DNA of 64,000 nt from an uncultured Phycisphaerales bacterium (lineage in GTDB: Bacteria; Planctomycetota; Phycisphaerae; Tepidisphaerales; Tepidisphaeraceae). Location of the stretch: positions 4,832,001 to 4,896,000 of the forward strand of contig CAVWLP010000002.1 of assembly GCA_963755915.1 (NCBI GenBank). Direction: 5' to 3'. Under the pieces are notes generated by a model. That model made no database searches and was not told where the DNA came from. It worked only from the letters and a program-made list of their open reading frames with translations. Shown piece after piece: positions 1-10,427 of this stretch. The position numbers and the translations under genes were made by a program. Every line of letters begins with the position of its first letter. Position 1 is the first letter of the stretch.

Positions 1-145
1 CGTCGACATACCAAAGCAGCGCCGGATCTTCGTTCTTCAAATCTCCCGTCTCGAAGCTGGACAATACAGTATTGTCGTTGACCTCAACGCCCGTTCGAAC
101 GCCTCCGTCAACCCGTTTCTGACGATAAAAACTAATCTTTGGCAT
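1..145 (-). CDS. hypothetical protein, N-terminal part (runs off window)
   Basis: Hand translation from ATG at 145: MPKISFYRQKRVDGGVRTGVEVNDNTVLSSFETGDLKNEDPALLWYVD, open to the window edge. Same strand as the aroF and GNAT genes. Confidence 0.6.
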   Translation of the reverse strand, partial: MPKISFYRQKRVDGGVRTGVEVNDNTVLSSFETGDLKNEDPALLWYVD

Positions 146-198
146 GACAATATTACCGACTTCATTATAAGGCGCAATCTGGCCACCACCAAGAGGAT

Positions 199-784
199 TT
201 ACAAATGGTCGTCGCCAATCCATGCGTAAACGCACGTGTTCCTCGGCTTCCCACCCACGGTCATGCTGTCGCACCTCATAATTCCCTCCAATTGAAAGCC
301 GGCTAATTCTGCGACGCGGCGGCTGCGCGCGTTCAGTTCGTCCACGCGAATCTGAATTCGCTTGAACTTAACCCGGTCGCGAAGCATCTGGACGAGCGCG
401 CCGACAGCCTCGGTCACAAATCCCTGCCCGGTTTTGTCGCTGCGGAGCCAATAGCCGATTTCGCAGCTGGGAATTTCCCAATCATGTGGATGTGCCCCGA
501 TCGTGCCGAGATGGTCGGGCGAGTCTTTAGCAAAGATCAGGTATGGAAGTTGTTTTCGCGTGAGAAATTCGGAAGCGGCGCGACGGCACCATTCTTCGCC
601 GGATTGCTCGTTGTATTCGTCAGTCGCCCACGGCATCCAGCGCTTGAGCTCGGGAAGTGAGTGCTGAACGGAGGGCCAGACGATCGCACCATCGCCTGCG
701 CGGCGTGCGCATTGTTAAGCGCGCACTCGAGACCTCGCTCGGAATATCCAACAAAATCGGATTGATTTTCTCGTTTCCCATCAT
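199..784 (-). CDS. GNAT family N-acetyltransferase (RimJ/RimL-like), one frameshift
   Basis: [29 protein letters not shown] motifs. The N-terminus ([20 protein letters not shown]) lies in another frame upstream of 636 and overlaps the aroF stop. Confidence 0.85.
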
Positions 785-1802
785 GCCGTCCGATCGACGG
801 CCGTCGCGATCCTTCGGATCGCCGCCATCATTTCAGTGAATTGCTTGGGCGTGATCGACTGCGCCCCATCCGTCAGCGCATGCTCCGGATCATTGTGAAC
901 CTCCACGATCAATCCATCCGCCCCGGCCGCGATCGCCGCCCGGCACATCGAATCCACCAGGTAACTCTTCCCCGTCCCCTGGCTCGGATCGATAATCACC
1001 GGCAAATGGCTCACGCGATGCAATTCCGGAACCGCCGCCAGCGCCAGCGTATTTCGCACATAATCCTCATACGTCCGAATCCCGCGCTCGCACAGCATTA
1101 CCCGTGAATTCCCCCGCGACATGATGTATTCCGCCGCGAGCAAAAATTCCTCCAGCGTCGCGCTCATCCCGCGCTTCAGCAACACCGGCTTACTCTGTTC
1201 CCCCACCGCGTTCAGCAGATTGAAATTCTGCATATTCCTCGCCCCCACTTGAAGCACGTCTGCGTACTGGCCGACCAGCCCAACCTGGTCGATCGACATC
1301 ACCTCCGTCACCACCGCCAGCCCCGTCTCCTCGCGCGCAGCGCCAGAAGCTCCAATCCCTTTTCCCCCATCCCCTGAAAGGAATACGGATTCGTCCGCGG
1401 CTTAAACGCCCCGCCCCGCAGCCCCACCGCCCCCGCTTCCTTCACCGCATGCGCAATCTCCAGCACCTGCGACTTACTCTCCACGCTGCACGGCCCCGCA
1501 ATCACCCCGACCGCAGGTCCGCCAATCTTTGCATCGATCTGTCCACCCAGGGGAACGACGGTTCGCTCCTTCTTCACCTCCCTGGAAGCCATCTTGTACG
1601 GCGCCAATATCGGCACCACCCGGTCCACTCCGGGCGCCGATTCCAGCACCGACCGATCCTTGAACCGGTCGTCCCCGATCACCGCGACAACCGTTCGTTC
1701 CTCTCCGACGATGACGTGATCTTTGAGTCCCATTTCGCGCACCAGTTGAATGACATGCTCGACCTGCTTCTGAGCCGAGCCCGGTTTCATCACCACGATC
1801 AT
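781..1802 (-). CDS. aroF: 3-deoxy-7-phosphoheptulonate (DAHP) synthase, class I-beta with N-terminal regulatory domain; frameshift near 1320
   Basis: MIVVMKPG start, [67 protein letters not shown], across ORFs 1308..1841 and 781..1314. Confidence 0.95.
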
Positions 1803-1852
1803 GCGACCTCCGCGAAAAAAGTCCCGAAAAGTTCTGGCCAAAAAAGCCCAAC

Positions 1853-1881
1853 AAAAAAACCTCAGGACTTTTGTCCTGAGG
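1853..1881 (-). terminator. attenuator terminator upstream of aroF
   Basis: On the minus strand: perfect 9-bp stem CCTCAGGAC-AAAA-GTCCTGAGG followed by T7. Confidence 0.9.
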
Positions 1882-1914
1882 CCGCCGATTTCAAACCAAT
1901 TTTATCGATGAAGC

Positions 1915-1989
1915 TCAGGACGCAATATGGGTGCGGGGATAAAAATATCCGCCAAACCAACCCCAATATCGCAGGTCCGAAGACTTCAT
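1915..1989 (-). CDS. aromatic-rich leader peptide of aroF (MKSSDLRYWGWFGGYFYPRTHIAS)
   Basis: 24-aa ORF with 7 aromatic codons in a 10-codon run. Its stop overlaps GTCCTGAG, which is complementary to the terminator 5' arm. Confidence 0.85.
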   Translation of the reverse strand: MKSSDLRYWGWFGGYFYPRTHIAS

Positions 1990-2000
1990 ACTCTTGCCCC

Positions 2001-2030
2001 AATATAGCATTTAATTAGCTCAAATGTCAA
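2001..2030 (-). promoter_or_regulatory. sigma70-type promoter for leader-aroF
   Basis: TTGACA (2030-2025), 18-bp spacer ending in TGC, then TATATT (2006-2001). Confidence 0.7.
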
Positions 2031-2108
2031 TTTTTCCCCGCGAATATCGCGGCAAGGCAGGGCCTTAGTGTACAGCCAATTGCCGGCGTGGTAATAATGA
2101 TACAGTTC

Positions 2109-2182
2109 CGGGGCGTAGCTCAGCTTGGCAGAGCGTCTGGTTTGGGACCAGAAGGCCGTAGGTTCAAATCCTATCGCCCCGA
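2109..2182 (+). tRNA. tRNA-Pro(TGG)
   Basis: Acceptor stem CGGGGCG/CGCCCCG, anticodon arm TCTGG-TTTGGGA-CCAGA, T-loop GGTTCAAATCC. CCA is not encoded. Confidence 0.97.
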
Positions 2183-2285
2183 CTTGACGAGAGGAATATC
2201 GTCCGCCGGCTTGCGTATTCGCCTCATTGCGCCATTGAGTCTTATGCAAACTTTCACGGTTCGAAGAACATCGGGAGCAGGCGTT

Positions 2286-2729
2286 ATGAAACCGAAACAG
2301 AGCCAACTGCCGACCGAAGAAGATTTCCTCGATCCCAGGTCACAGGACTTGGACGAACGGCACTCCATCACGATGTTTCTTGGGAAGACGCAAGAAGAGG
2401 CGGAGACTATGTTTCGTCAAAACTTCCTCTTCTACCAAGAAGACTTAACGTGCATGCGGGCTCCCGCATTTCGTTTCTATGTTATCCCAGCGATTAAATA
2501 CCTCCTGAGCAAAGAGGCAAACGGGGACTCGGACGCGGCAAGTACCTTCTGCTATGTGCTTGAGTCGCGGCTGGAGCGCGATGTTGACGCTCTTGTTCCC
2601 ATCGCTTCAATTGTAGTTGACGCCATCCGGCAGATCCTTGCTGATTTTGATCGTTTCGAGTGTTCTCCCGAGATATACGGTGACGTTCCCGCCCGTTATC
2701 GGGCTGTAGCCGTTCGGCTGACGGCATAA
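2286..2729 (+). CDS. hypothetical protein
   Basis: 147-aa ORF (MKPKQSQLPTEEDF...) preceded by GGGAG/AGG, with globular composition. No family recognised. Confidence 0.65.
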   Translation: MKPKQSQLPTEEDFLDPRSQDLDERHSITMFLGKTQEEAETMFRQNFLFYQEDLTCMRAPAFRFYVIPAIKYLLSKEANGDSDAASTFCYVLESRLERDVDALVPIASIVVDAIRQILADFDRFECSPEIYGDVPARYRAVAVRLTA

Positions 2730-2900
2730 ACGCACAAAAAGTTCAACCGGTGTCTTGTCACTCCGACGCACTGCTGCGAATAGAGCAGTGGAGAAATAGA
2801 ACAGGAGACCAGTAGACAAGAAAACCTCCAGAATTGAGTTGTCCCACCGCGGCCGTCACCCCTTTCTCTTCCATCGGTTAGTTCACAAACTGAGGCCCCA

Positions 2901-4611
2901 GTGAAAGACGGCACAACCGATCTCACCGCCCAGCCCAACCTCGATGTCTCATCCGGGCAAACCACCTGGCCCCTCCGCTTTTGGCTGATCACCGCACTCA
3001 CCGGCGTCTTCGCCGGCCTTATCGGCGGCGCCCTCATGAAGTTGCTTGCCGCCCTCGAGCATCTCGCCTGGACCTACGACTCCGGAACATATCTCGAAGC
3101 GGTCACCCGTGCCTCCCCCTCCCGGCACATCCTCATGCTTCTCACCGCCGGTCTCCTCGTCGGCGTCGGCGGCGCCATCATCTCCAAAACTTTCGGCCCC
3201 GCCGGCGATGCCGAAGCCGCCGTCTGGTTTCGCTCCGGTTATCTCCCCCTGCTGTCCACCCTCGTCAAATCCGTCAATTCCATCGCCACCGTCGCCCTCG
3301 GCAGTTCCCTCGGACGAGAATCCCCCATCAAGCAGGCCGGCGGTGCCGTCGCCAGTTGGATGGCCCAGCACACCCACCTCTCCCGATCCGAGCACCGCGT
3401 TCTCGTCGCCTGCGGCATCGGCGCCGGCATGGCCGCCGCCTACAACGTCCCCGTCGGTGCCGCACTCTTCACCGTCGAAGTCCTCCTCGGAAGCATCACC
3501 CTTCGCCTCGCCCTTCCCGACTTGCTCTGCTCCGGCGTCGCCACCGCCGCTTCCTGGCTCTTCCTGCCCACCGGCCCAATCTACCGCGTCCCCGAATATC
3601 CCCTCTCCGTTCAACTCACCCTCTGGTCCCTCCTTGCCGGCCCCCTGCTCGGCCTCGCCACCATCCCCCTGGTCCGTCTCATCGGCTGGGCCGACGCCCA
3701 AAAACCGCGCCGGCGCCGCCATCTATATCGCCCCCGTCCTCCTCCTCACCCTCCTCGGCGCTCTCTCCATCGTCTATCCCCAATTACTCGGCAACGGCAA
3801 AGACGACGTCCAGCTCGCCTTCGAAGACAAGTTCGCAATCGATCTCCTCCTAATCCTCCCCGCGTTGAAACTCCTCGCAACCGCCGGCTGTCTCAGCGCC
3901 GGCGCCTCCGGCGGACTCTTCACCCCCACCATGACCATCGGTGCTCTCCTCGGCGGCCTTCTTGGCCACGCCTGGAACTCCGTCTGCCCCGGCGCATCCA
4001 TGGGCAGTTGCTCCGTGATCGGCTCCTGCGCCTTCCTTGCCGCCTCCAGTCAAGGCCCCATTTCCGCGCTCGTTCTGGTCTTGGAATTAACCCGCCACGT
4101 CGATGGAACGATGGTCCCCATGCTCATCGCCGTAGCCGGCGCAATGCTCGTAGCCCGCCGAATCGAAGCCCGGTCCATTTACTCCATCCGCTTGCATCTA
4201 CGAAAGCCAAAACCAACCTTACCCACCTCCGCACAACTCCCCGCCTTCGCCGGCACGATTTCCCCCGATTTCGCCACGATATCCTCCGCCGAGGCCTACG
4301 CGACGGTCGTTCAGCATCTCTGGCTCCGCCGCCTCAATCCCCCCGTCTACGTCTTAGACGACCACGGAAAGCTGCTCGGAAAGATCGCCCTGGAATCCCT
4401 CGACATCGGCTCCCTCGGCGCCATCCCCATCGAAGCCGCCAAAGCCGCCGACCTCGTCATCCCCGTCTCCACGCTCTCCTCCCAAATGAGCGAGACGGAA
4501 ATCGCCCACCGCCTCGCCACCGCCGCCGAGCCCGAGCTGCCCGTGGTCGATTCCGAAACGGGCCGAATGATCGGCGTCGTGCCAAACAAAAGCCCCGTCA
4601 ACGAACCGTAG
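2901..4611 (+). CDS. ClC-family chloride channel/transporter with C-terminal CBS-like region; frameshift near 3710
   Basis: LGSSLGRESP, GMAAAYNVP.GAALF..E and GASGGLFTP motifs, many TM helices, C-terminal VYVLDDHGKLLG and LPVVDSETGRMIG CBS-like motifs. Confidence 0.88.
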
Positions 4612-4619
4612 TGCCCCAG

Positions 4620-7600
4620 TCAATCCGCTGAACTAGGCCGCGTTGTTTTTTCTTCCTCACCCCGCTTCAAAATCTGCTCCCTGCATTGTTGCAGCACATC
4701 CACATACTGCTGCCGCCATGGATCGCCCGGCGGAAGAACCTCCAGGCAGTGCTGCAGGGCCTCACTCGCTTCCGTCAAACGCGTTTCACCCATCAGCGAT
4801 TCGCCCAGCCCTCCATACGCATACCCAAACGACGGATTCAGCGCAATCGCCTGCCGGAAATGATCGGTGGCGTTGTACAGCCGGCCCATTGTCATCAGGC
4901 CAAGCGCCAAGTTGTAATGTACGTCCGGCTGGTTCGGATTGATCTTCAGCGACGCTCGAAATTCTTCCACCGCCTCCTCGTTTTGCTTGGCCGCCAGAAG
5001 CCCAAGGCCCAGATTATAATGCGCATACGGATCGGCTGGATTCAGCTCGGTTGCCCTTTGCAGGTGGTCAATCGCTTCGCCTAAAGCCCCGCTCCCTTTT
5101 AGAAGCAGGCCCAGGTTATATTGCGCAGAGAAATTGTTCGGATCCAGTCGAACCGCTTCCTCAAGCTGCCCAATAGCCAAATCGCTCTTCCCCTGCTTCA
5201 TCAGCACAAGAGCCAGGTTGTAGTGTGCATCCGGCTGGTTCGGATTGATTTTCAGCGATGATTCAAATTCGGAAACGGCCTGCGGCGCTTTCCCAATGGC
5301 AACAAAAGCGAGCCCCAGGTTGTAACGGACATACGGATCGCCCGGCTCCAGCTCGCTCGCCTTTTGCAGGTGCTGAATGGCCAATTCAAATCTTCCCTCC
5401 CCTTTGAGCAGCAAACCAATGAGATAATGAGCCTGCGCCTTCTCGGGCGAAAGCTTCAGGGTCTCCTGGAACTGTTCCAGCGCCGCATCATTCTTCCCCT
5501 GGTTCATCAGCGCGACGCCGAGAATATAGTGGTCATCCGCCTCGTTCGGGTCGATCTTCAGAGCTTCCTGGAACGCAGCGACCGCCGGATCCATCTTGCC
5601 GGCCTGCATGAACGCCAGGCCGAGGTTGTAAAAGGCAGCCGCATTGGATGGATCGAGTTTCCTCGCGCGCTCCAGTTGCTCGATCGACTCGTTCAGGTTC
5701 CCCGTGCTTTTCAGCGCCAGGCCCAGGCAGTAATGCGCCTGCGAGTTGTCCGGATCGACCTTCAGCACATCCCGGAACTGCTCGATCGCCTTCTCGTTTT
5801 TCCCCTGCGTCATCAGCACCAGGCCAAGGTTGTATCGCGAATCCGAATAATTCGGATCAATCGTGAGCGCCGATTCGAAATGTTCGATCGCCCCGTCCAA
5901 CTCCCCTTTGTCCACCAGCGCCAGCGCCAGGTTGTAATTGATGGTTCGCATCGTCCGGCTCCAGGCGGGTCGACTCGGCGAGCTGCCCCACCGCCTCATC
6001 CACTCGTCCCATTTTCCGCAGCACCAGCCCGAGGCAGTAGTGGGCGTGACCCGAATCCGGATCAAGTGCGATTTCCTGCCGAAACTGCCGCTCCGCTTCG
6101 GTGAGTTGATTGTCCGCCGCCAGGGCCATTCCCAGGTTACCGATCGCAACCGTCGATCGCGGCCGAAGGGCGATCGCCGCCTGGTAGTACCGCACCGATT
6201 CCGCGCAATTGCCGCTCTTCCGCAGCGCATCCGCAAGCATGAAGTTTGCCCAGAAATCCCCGGGATAGGTCCATTGCACCCGGCGCAGAAATGCCATCGC
6301 CTCGCCGCTTGCGCCGGTGTCCTCGAGACGCTCCCCCAGGGCGGCAAGTAAGCGAACCGGCTCATGGATTGCCGTGTCGGTCTCCGCCAACTCAACCAGC
6401 TCCCCCCGGCTCACCGACGGATTCCGCACGCGATTTCGCCAGCCCGTCGGATCCGGGTCGGCCATGGATGCCACCTCGAAAATCCACTGCCGCCGATCCC
6501 CCTCCGTCGCGCAAAGCGCCCAATCGTCCAGCGCCGCGATCAGCGACGACCGATCGTTCGACGTCAGGATTCGCCCCGCGACCACCGCCGGGTCATCCCC
6601 GGCGCTGCCGATTCCGTGTTGCTGAAATGCCGCCAGATACGCCGCGTCCGCGTGCGCGTTGTCGAACAGCCGCGCAAACTGGCTCTCAACCCAGGCCGTT
6701 CGATTCAGCCCGATTGACTCCAGAAGTTGTCCGAATCTCAGGTCTCGTTCATCCCCATCCAACCGCTCATCCAGGGAGGCAACGGCATGGTTCTGCATCC
6801 GCGCATGAGCTCGATCCAATGCCGACGCCGCCAAAATCCAGTCCGATTCAGACTCCGAATCCTCCGCTTCCTGCAAATCTTCCGACACCGCTCGAACCGT
6901 TCCAGCCCGATCCGCCGCAAGCCGCAGCCCAATCCCAATCCCCGCGGCGCTCATCAGGATTGTTGCCGCAACCATCGCCGCCAGCGCCGGCCGACGCCGC
7001 GCCCACTTTCCGGCTCGCTCCACAATTCCCGCCCGTCGGGCGCTGATCGGTTCCGAACGCTCAAACCGCCCGATATCCTCCGCCATCGCCGCCGCCGAGC
7101 CGTATCGACGCTTCGGATCCTTTCTCAGGCACTGCACGCAAATCGTCTCCAGATCGCGCGGCACCCGCGCGTTCAGCCGCGACGGGCCCACCGGTTCCTC
7201 GTTCAGCAGTTGCCGAATCGTTTCCGTCGGCGATTCTCCTCGGAACGGCGGCCGTCCCGTCAGCATTTCGTAAAGGATCGCCCCCAACGCGTAAATGTCC
7301 GCCTCCGGTCCGATGTCGCTCGCCTTGCCCACCGCCTGCTCCGGCGCCATATAACTTGGCGTCCCAATGTGAACCTCGCTGTTCGACATGGTCCCCTCCC
7401 CGCCGAAACATCGCGCAAGCCCGAAATCGCTGATCTTCGGGATCCCCTCTGCCGTCAGTAGAATATTGCTCGGCTTCAGATCGCGATGCACGATCCCCGC
7501 CTCGTGTGCCGCCTGCATCGCTTCCGCCAATGTGCCGATCATCGCCGCGGCCTTCGCCGCTGGCACGGGCGCGCCGTCCAGCTTGTGCGCCAGCGTGCCT

Positions 7601-8088
7601 CCCTCCACAAACTCCATTGTGAAATAAGGCCGTCCCTCCCATTCACCCAGGTCGTGGATCTGCACGACATGAGGATGGCTCAGCCGCGCCACCGCCAGCG
7701 CTTCCCGCTGAAATCGTTTCCGTTCCGCCGCCCCCGCGAATTCGCCGGACAAGAGCATTTTTATCGCCACTGTCCGATCCAGCAGCAGATGTCGCGCCCG
7801 GTAAACCACCCCCACTCCCCCGCGCCCTTCAATCGACTTCACCTCATACCCCGGAATCTGCGGCAATCGCCTCACCTCACTCTCGACGCTCATCCTCTGA
7901 ACCTCGCTCAGTCCAAGAGCCGTCGATGGAAACAGGTCATCCAGTTGCGCCGAAATCATCCGGATTCGCCCCAAACGCAACCGAACTTCCTCAAGTTTCT
8001 CCGGGCATCCGGCGCAGACTTCTTCCGGCGCTCGTCCCGAGATCAGAATCTCCTCGACCAGTTGCGTGATCGCCGACTCGTCTTCCAT
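4620..8088 (-). CDS. Ser/Thr protein kinase with TM segment and long TPR array; frameshift near 5940
   Basis: GRGGVGVVY, VAIK, HRDLKPSN, DFG, GTPSYMAPE motifs, then a hydrophobic helix, then many 34-aa TPRs (YNLGL.L...G....A). Confidence 0.92.
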
Positions 8089-8149
8089 CGATTTGATCCC
8101 TCCCGCGCCCAGGCATAATCGATCCCGTCGCTCCCCAGCGCAGGAGCGA

Positions 8150-8791
8150 TCACATCGGCGCGGGCGGCATATTCCGCGGGGTGGGTACTATGTCCATGCC
8201 CGTCAGTTTCTCCGACAGCCGCATCACCGCCCGCGTCACCCGCCGATGCACCGTTTTTACCGACACATCCAGCAATTTCGCCGCCTCCGGCTGCGACAGC
8301 CCCTGGATCCGTACCAAGTCGAACACTTCCCGCTCTTCCTGCGGAAGCCGCTCGATCTCTTCCAGAATTCGCATCGCTTTCGGGCTCAACTGCGATGACG
8401 AACCATCCGAAGGCGCTTCCACCATCGATTCGTGATCGAGTTGCGCGCTAACTTGCTTATCTAAGCGTCGGGCAAGGTCATTCAATTCCCAACGCATATG
8501 TTGGTTCGCCAGCGCAAAGAACTCCCGCACCGTCCTCGGCTGCACTGACCTCAGCGCCTTGATCATTCGCTCCACCACCGCCCCCAGCAGTTCGTCAGGC
8601 TCAAGATTCACCGGGGGATGCAGAAGGCGGGGATACCTCCGAAAAAGCAGCGACGAGCTCAATACGTGCAGCCGGCCCACTGCCTCCGTCAACAACTGCC
8701 GAACAATCGGCTCCGCCGGAGCGTCGCCTGATGCCACGGCCAATTGATTCAGATACCTCTGCACTACGACCGTGGTGCCATCGTCCGGCAT
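8150..8791 (-). CDS. ECF-type RNA polymerase sigma factor (kinase-associated)
   Basis: Region-4 pattern LPQEEREVFDL..IQGLSQPEAAKLLDVSVKTVHRR and region-2 FFALANQHMRWELNDLAR. Lies directly upstream of the kinase. Confidence 0.88.
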   Translation of the reverse strand: MPDDGTTVVVQRYLNQLAVASGDAPAEPIVRQLLTEAVGRLHVLSSSLLFRRYPRLLHPPVNLEPDELLGAVVERMIKALRSVQPRTVREFFALANQHMRWELNDLARRLDKQVSAQLDHESMVEAPSDGSSSQLSPKAMRILEEIERLPQEEREVFDLVRIQGLSQPEAAKLLDVSVKTVHRRVTRAVMRLSEKLTGMDIVPTPRNMPPAPM

Positions 8792-9506
8792 GAGATTTGC
8801 ATAATACTGCCGCCCCCAGAGCAATGCCAACCTGACGAAAATCCCTCCATAATTCCAGCTTATCCTGAAGTGAATGCGTGCCTCGACCTCTCCTCACCGT
8901 GCTCGCACCCGCTGAATAACTCCCTCACCCCTTCAAAATCCCCTCCTCAATACCCCTCCGCGGCGCGTTGGCGACGAACTGAACCAACGGAGACCAGGTT
9001 ACCACGTTCGACCGCTGAGGGTCTTCTTTCCGCGATTCGGGATTTTTTCCAGCGAAATCCACGCTGGGAATGACCCCCTGTCCTTTAGATTTTGCCTATC
9101 CCCACAGGTATCCCCGCTTGGGGATACCCCCTGTTTTCATTTGAGCCTTGCGCTACAAAGGTTTCCGGCTGATTTATTGTCTCTCGCACCCCCCGACAGC
9201 CGTCCTTTTTCTCTGTCGGAACCGCCTCACTCACGTTCATCGGTTCCTCTCGCTCACGCTCGGAGAAAAAGTCCGGCTCCTCGTCCCCCTCACGGGGGAC
9301 TCGGTTGGTGCTTCACAGCACCGCAACGGGTTTCTCGACACGATCTCTGGGAGGGGAGAGGAACCAACCGACAGAGGGCTTCGCCCTCACCGAACGGGTT
9401 AAGGAGGACGAGGGGGACACCAAATAGGGGATGCTCGTCCATGGGCATCTCTGGCGCAGGACTCGCAACTGCCGTATCATGACCGCAGACTCATCGAAAG
9501 GAACAC

Positions 9507-9746
9507 ATGCCGAAACCTTTACGTATCGAAGGCGCCAGGGACGGGGTGGGGATCGAATTACCGAACGATCTCGATGCGATCGACATCGTGACGGAATTAG
9601 GCCGCATTCATATCGATCTGGGCCACCAAGTCCCGAACATGGTTCTCGTCAGATCCTCGTCTCACGAAGGTGGCCCAGGGAACACCCGCCTCATTCTTTC
9701 GCCGGTGGACGGGGGCCGAATCGCCATCGGCGTCATCAAGGCCTAA
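9507..9746 (+). CDS. small hypothetical protein
   Basis: 79-aa ORF with AAGGA RBS and a terminator immediately downstream. Confidence 0.6.
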   Translation: MPKPLRIEGARDGVGIELPNDLDAIDIVTELGRIHIDLGHQVPNMVLVRSSSHEGGPGNTRLILSPVDGGRIAIGVIKA

Positions 9747-9751
9747 TTCTC

Positions 9752-9784
9752 GCCCGCCAAGCTCGCATCTCGGCGGGCTTTTTT
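9752..9784 (+). terminator. intrinsic terminator
   Basis: GCCCGCC...GGCGGGC stem followed by T6. Confidence 0.7.
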
Positions 9785-10427
9785 AATTCTCAACCGTCCA
9801 CAGCCAAAACGAAACCAGACCCCGAACAGCTTAATTAAGGGGTCTGGCCTCACCTATAGCTTGCCACGGTAGCCGTGGCGGCGCAATCCCTTCAATCCAA
9901 TCCTTTGGTGCCGGCTCCGCCGGCTCTTTCTCTTTGCCCCCACGCCCCAGCAGCCAGGGGAAGGACGCTTTCGCTGCCGCACACTCCGCAGCCTACCGGC
10001 TCCCTCCCTCCGTCAAGCCGCAAGGGCTTGACCTCGGTAGGGAAAGCGACCTAAGTAAGACACAAACCGCTGTCCGCCGTCTTTTGCTCTCGGACACTAT
10101 GGGCGGATATAGAAGAACGACAGCTTCTCAAGGAGCAACTGACCCAAGCCGAACAAAACCGAGGAAACTGGTTCGAACCGGCCATTCGGTTCGTAAAAGC
10201 CGCAAAACAAGCCGTTTTTCTGACATATAACGGCACTGAGGAACAGAAAAGGGATTTTCTGAAAAAAGTCGGTTCGAACCTGACTATTTCGAATCGTCAC
10301 CTCTCCGTCGAGCCACGGAAACCGTGGCAACTTGTTGTAGATCAAGGTCCTTTTGCCCAACACAACGCCGCGCCCGCCATCGCGAGCGCGGCGTTGTTTG
10401 TGGAAAAATCCCTTCATCTCAACTCAG

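Noticed and set aside
1-145. Possible 2Fe-2S ferredoxin (MPKISF start)
   Set aside because: No cysteines in the visible 48 aa, so it is left as hypothetical.
1990-2010. Longer leader start (MLYWGKS...) at ATG 2010
   Set aside because: It overlaps the predicted -10 box, so it would lie upstream of the TSS. ATG 1989 is preferred.
2730-2900. Fluoride riboswitch upstream of the ClC gene
   Set aside because: No GGNGATGG..TC.CC core is seen and the protein lacks CLC(F) motifs.
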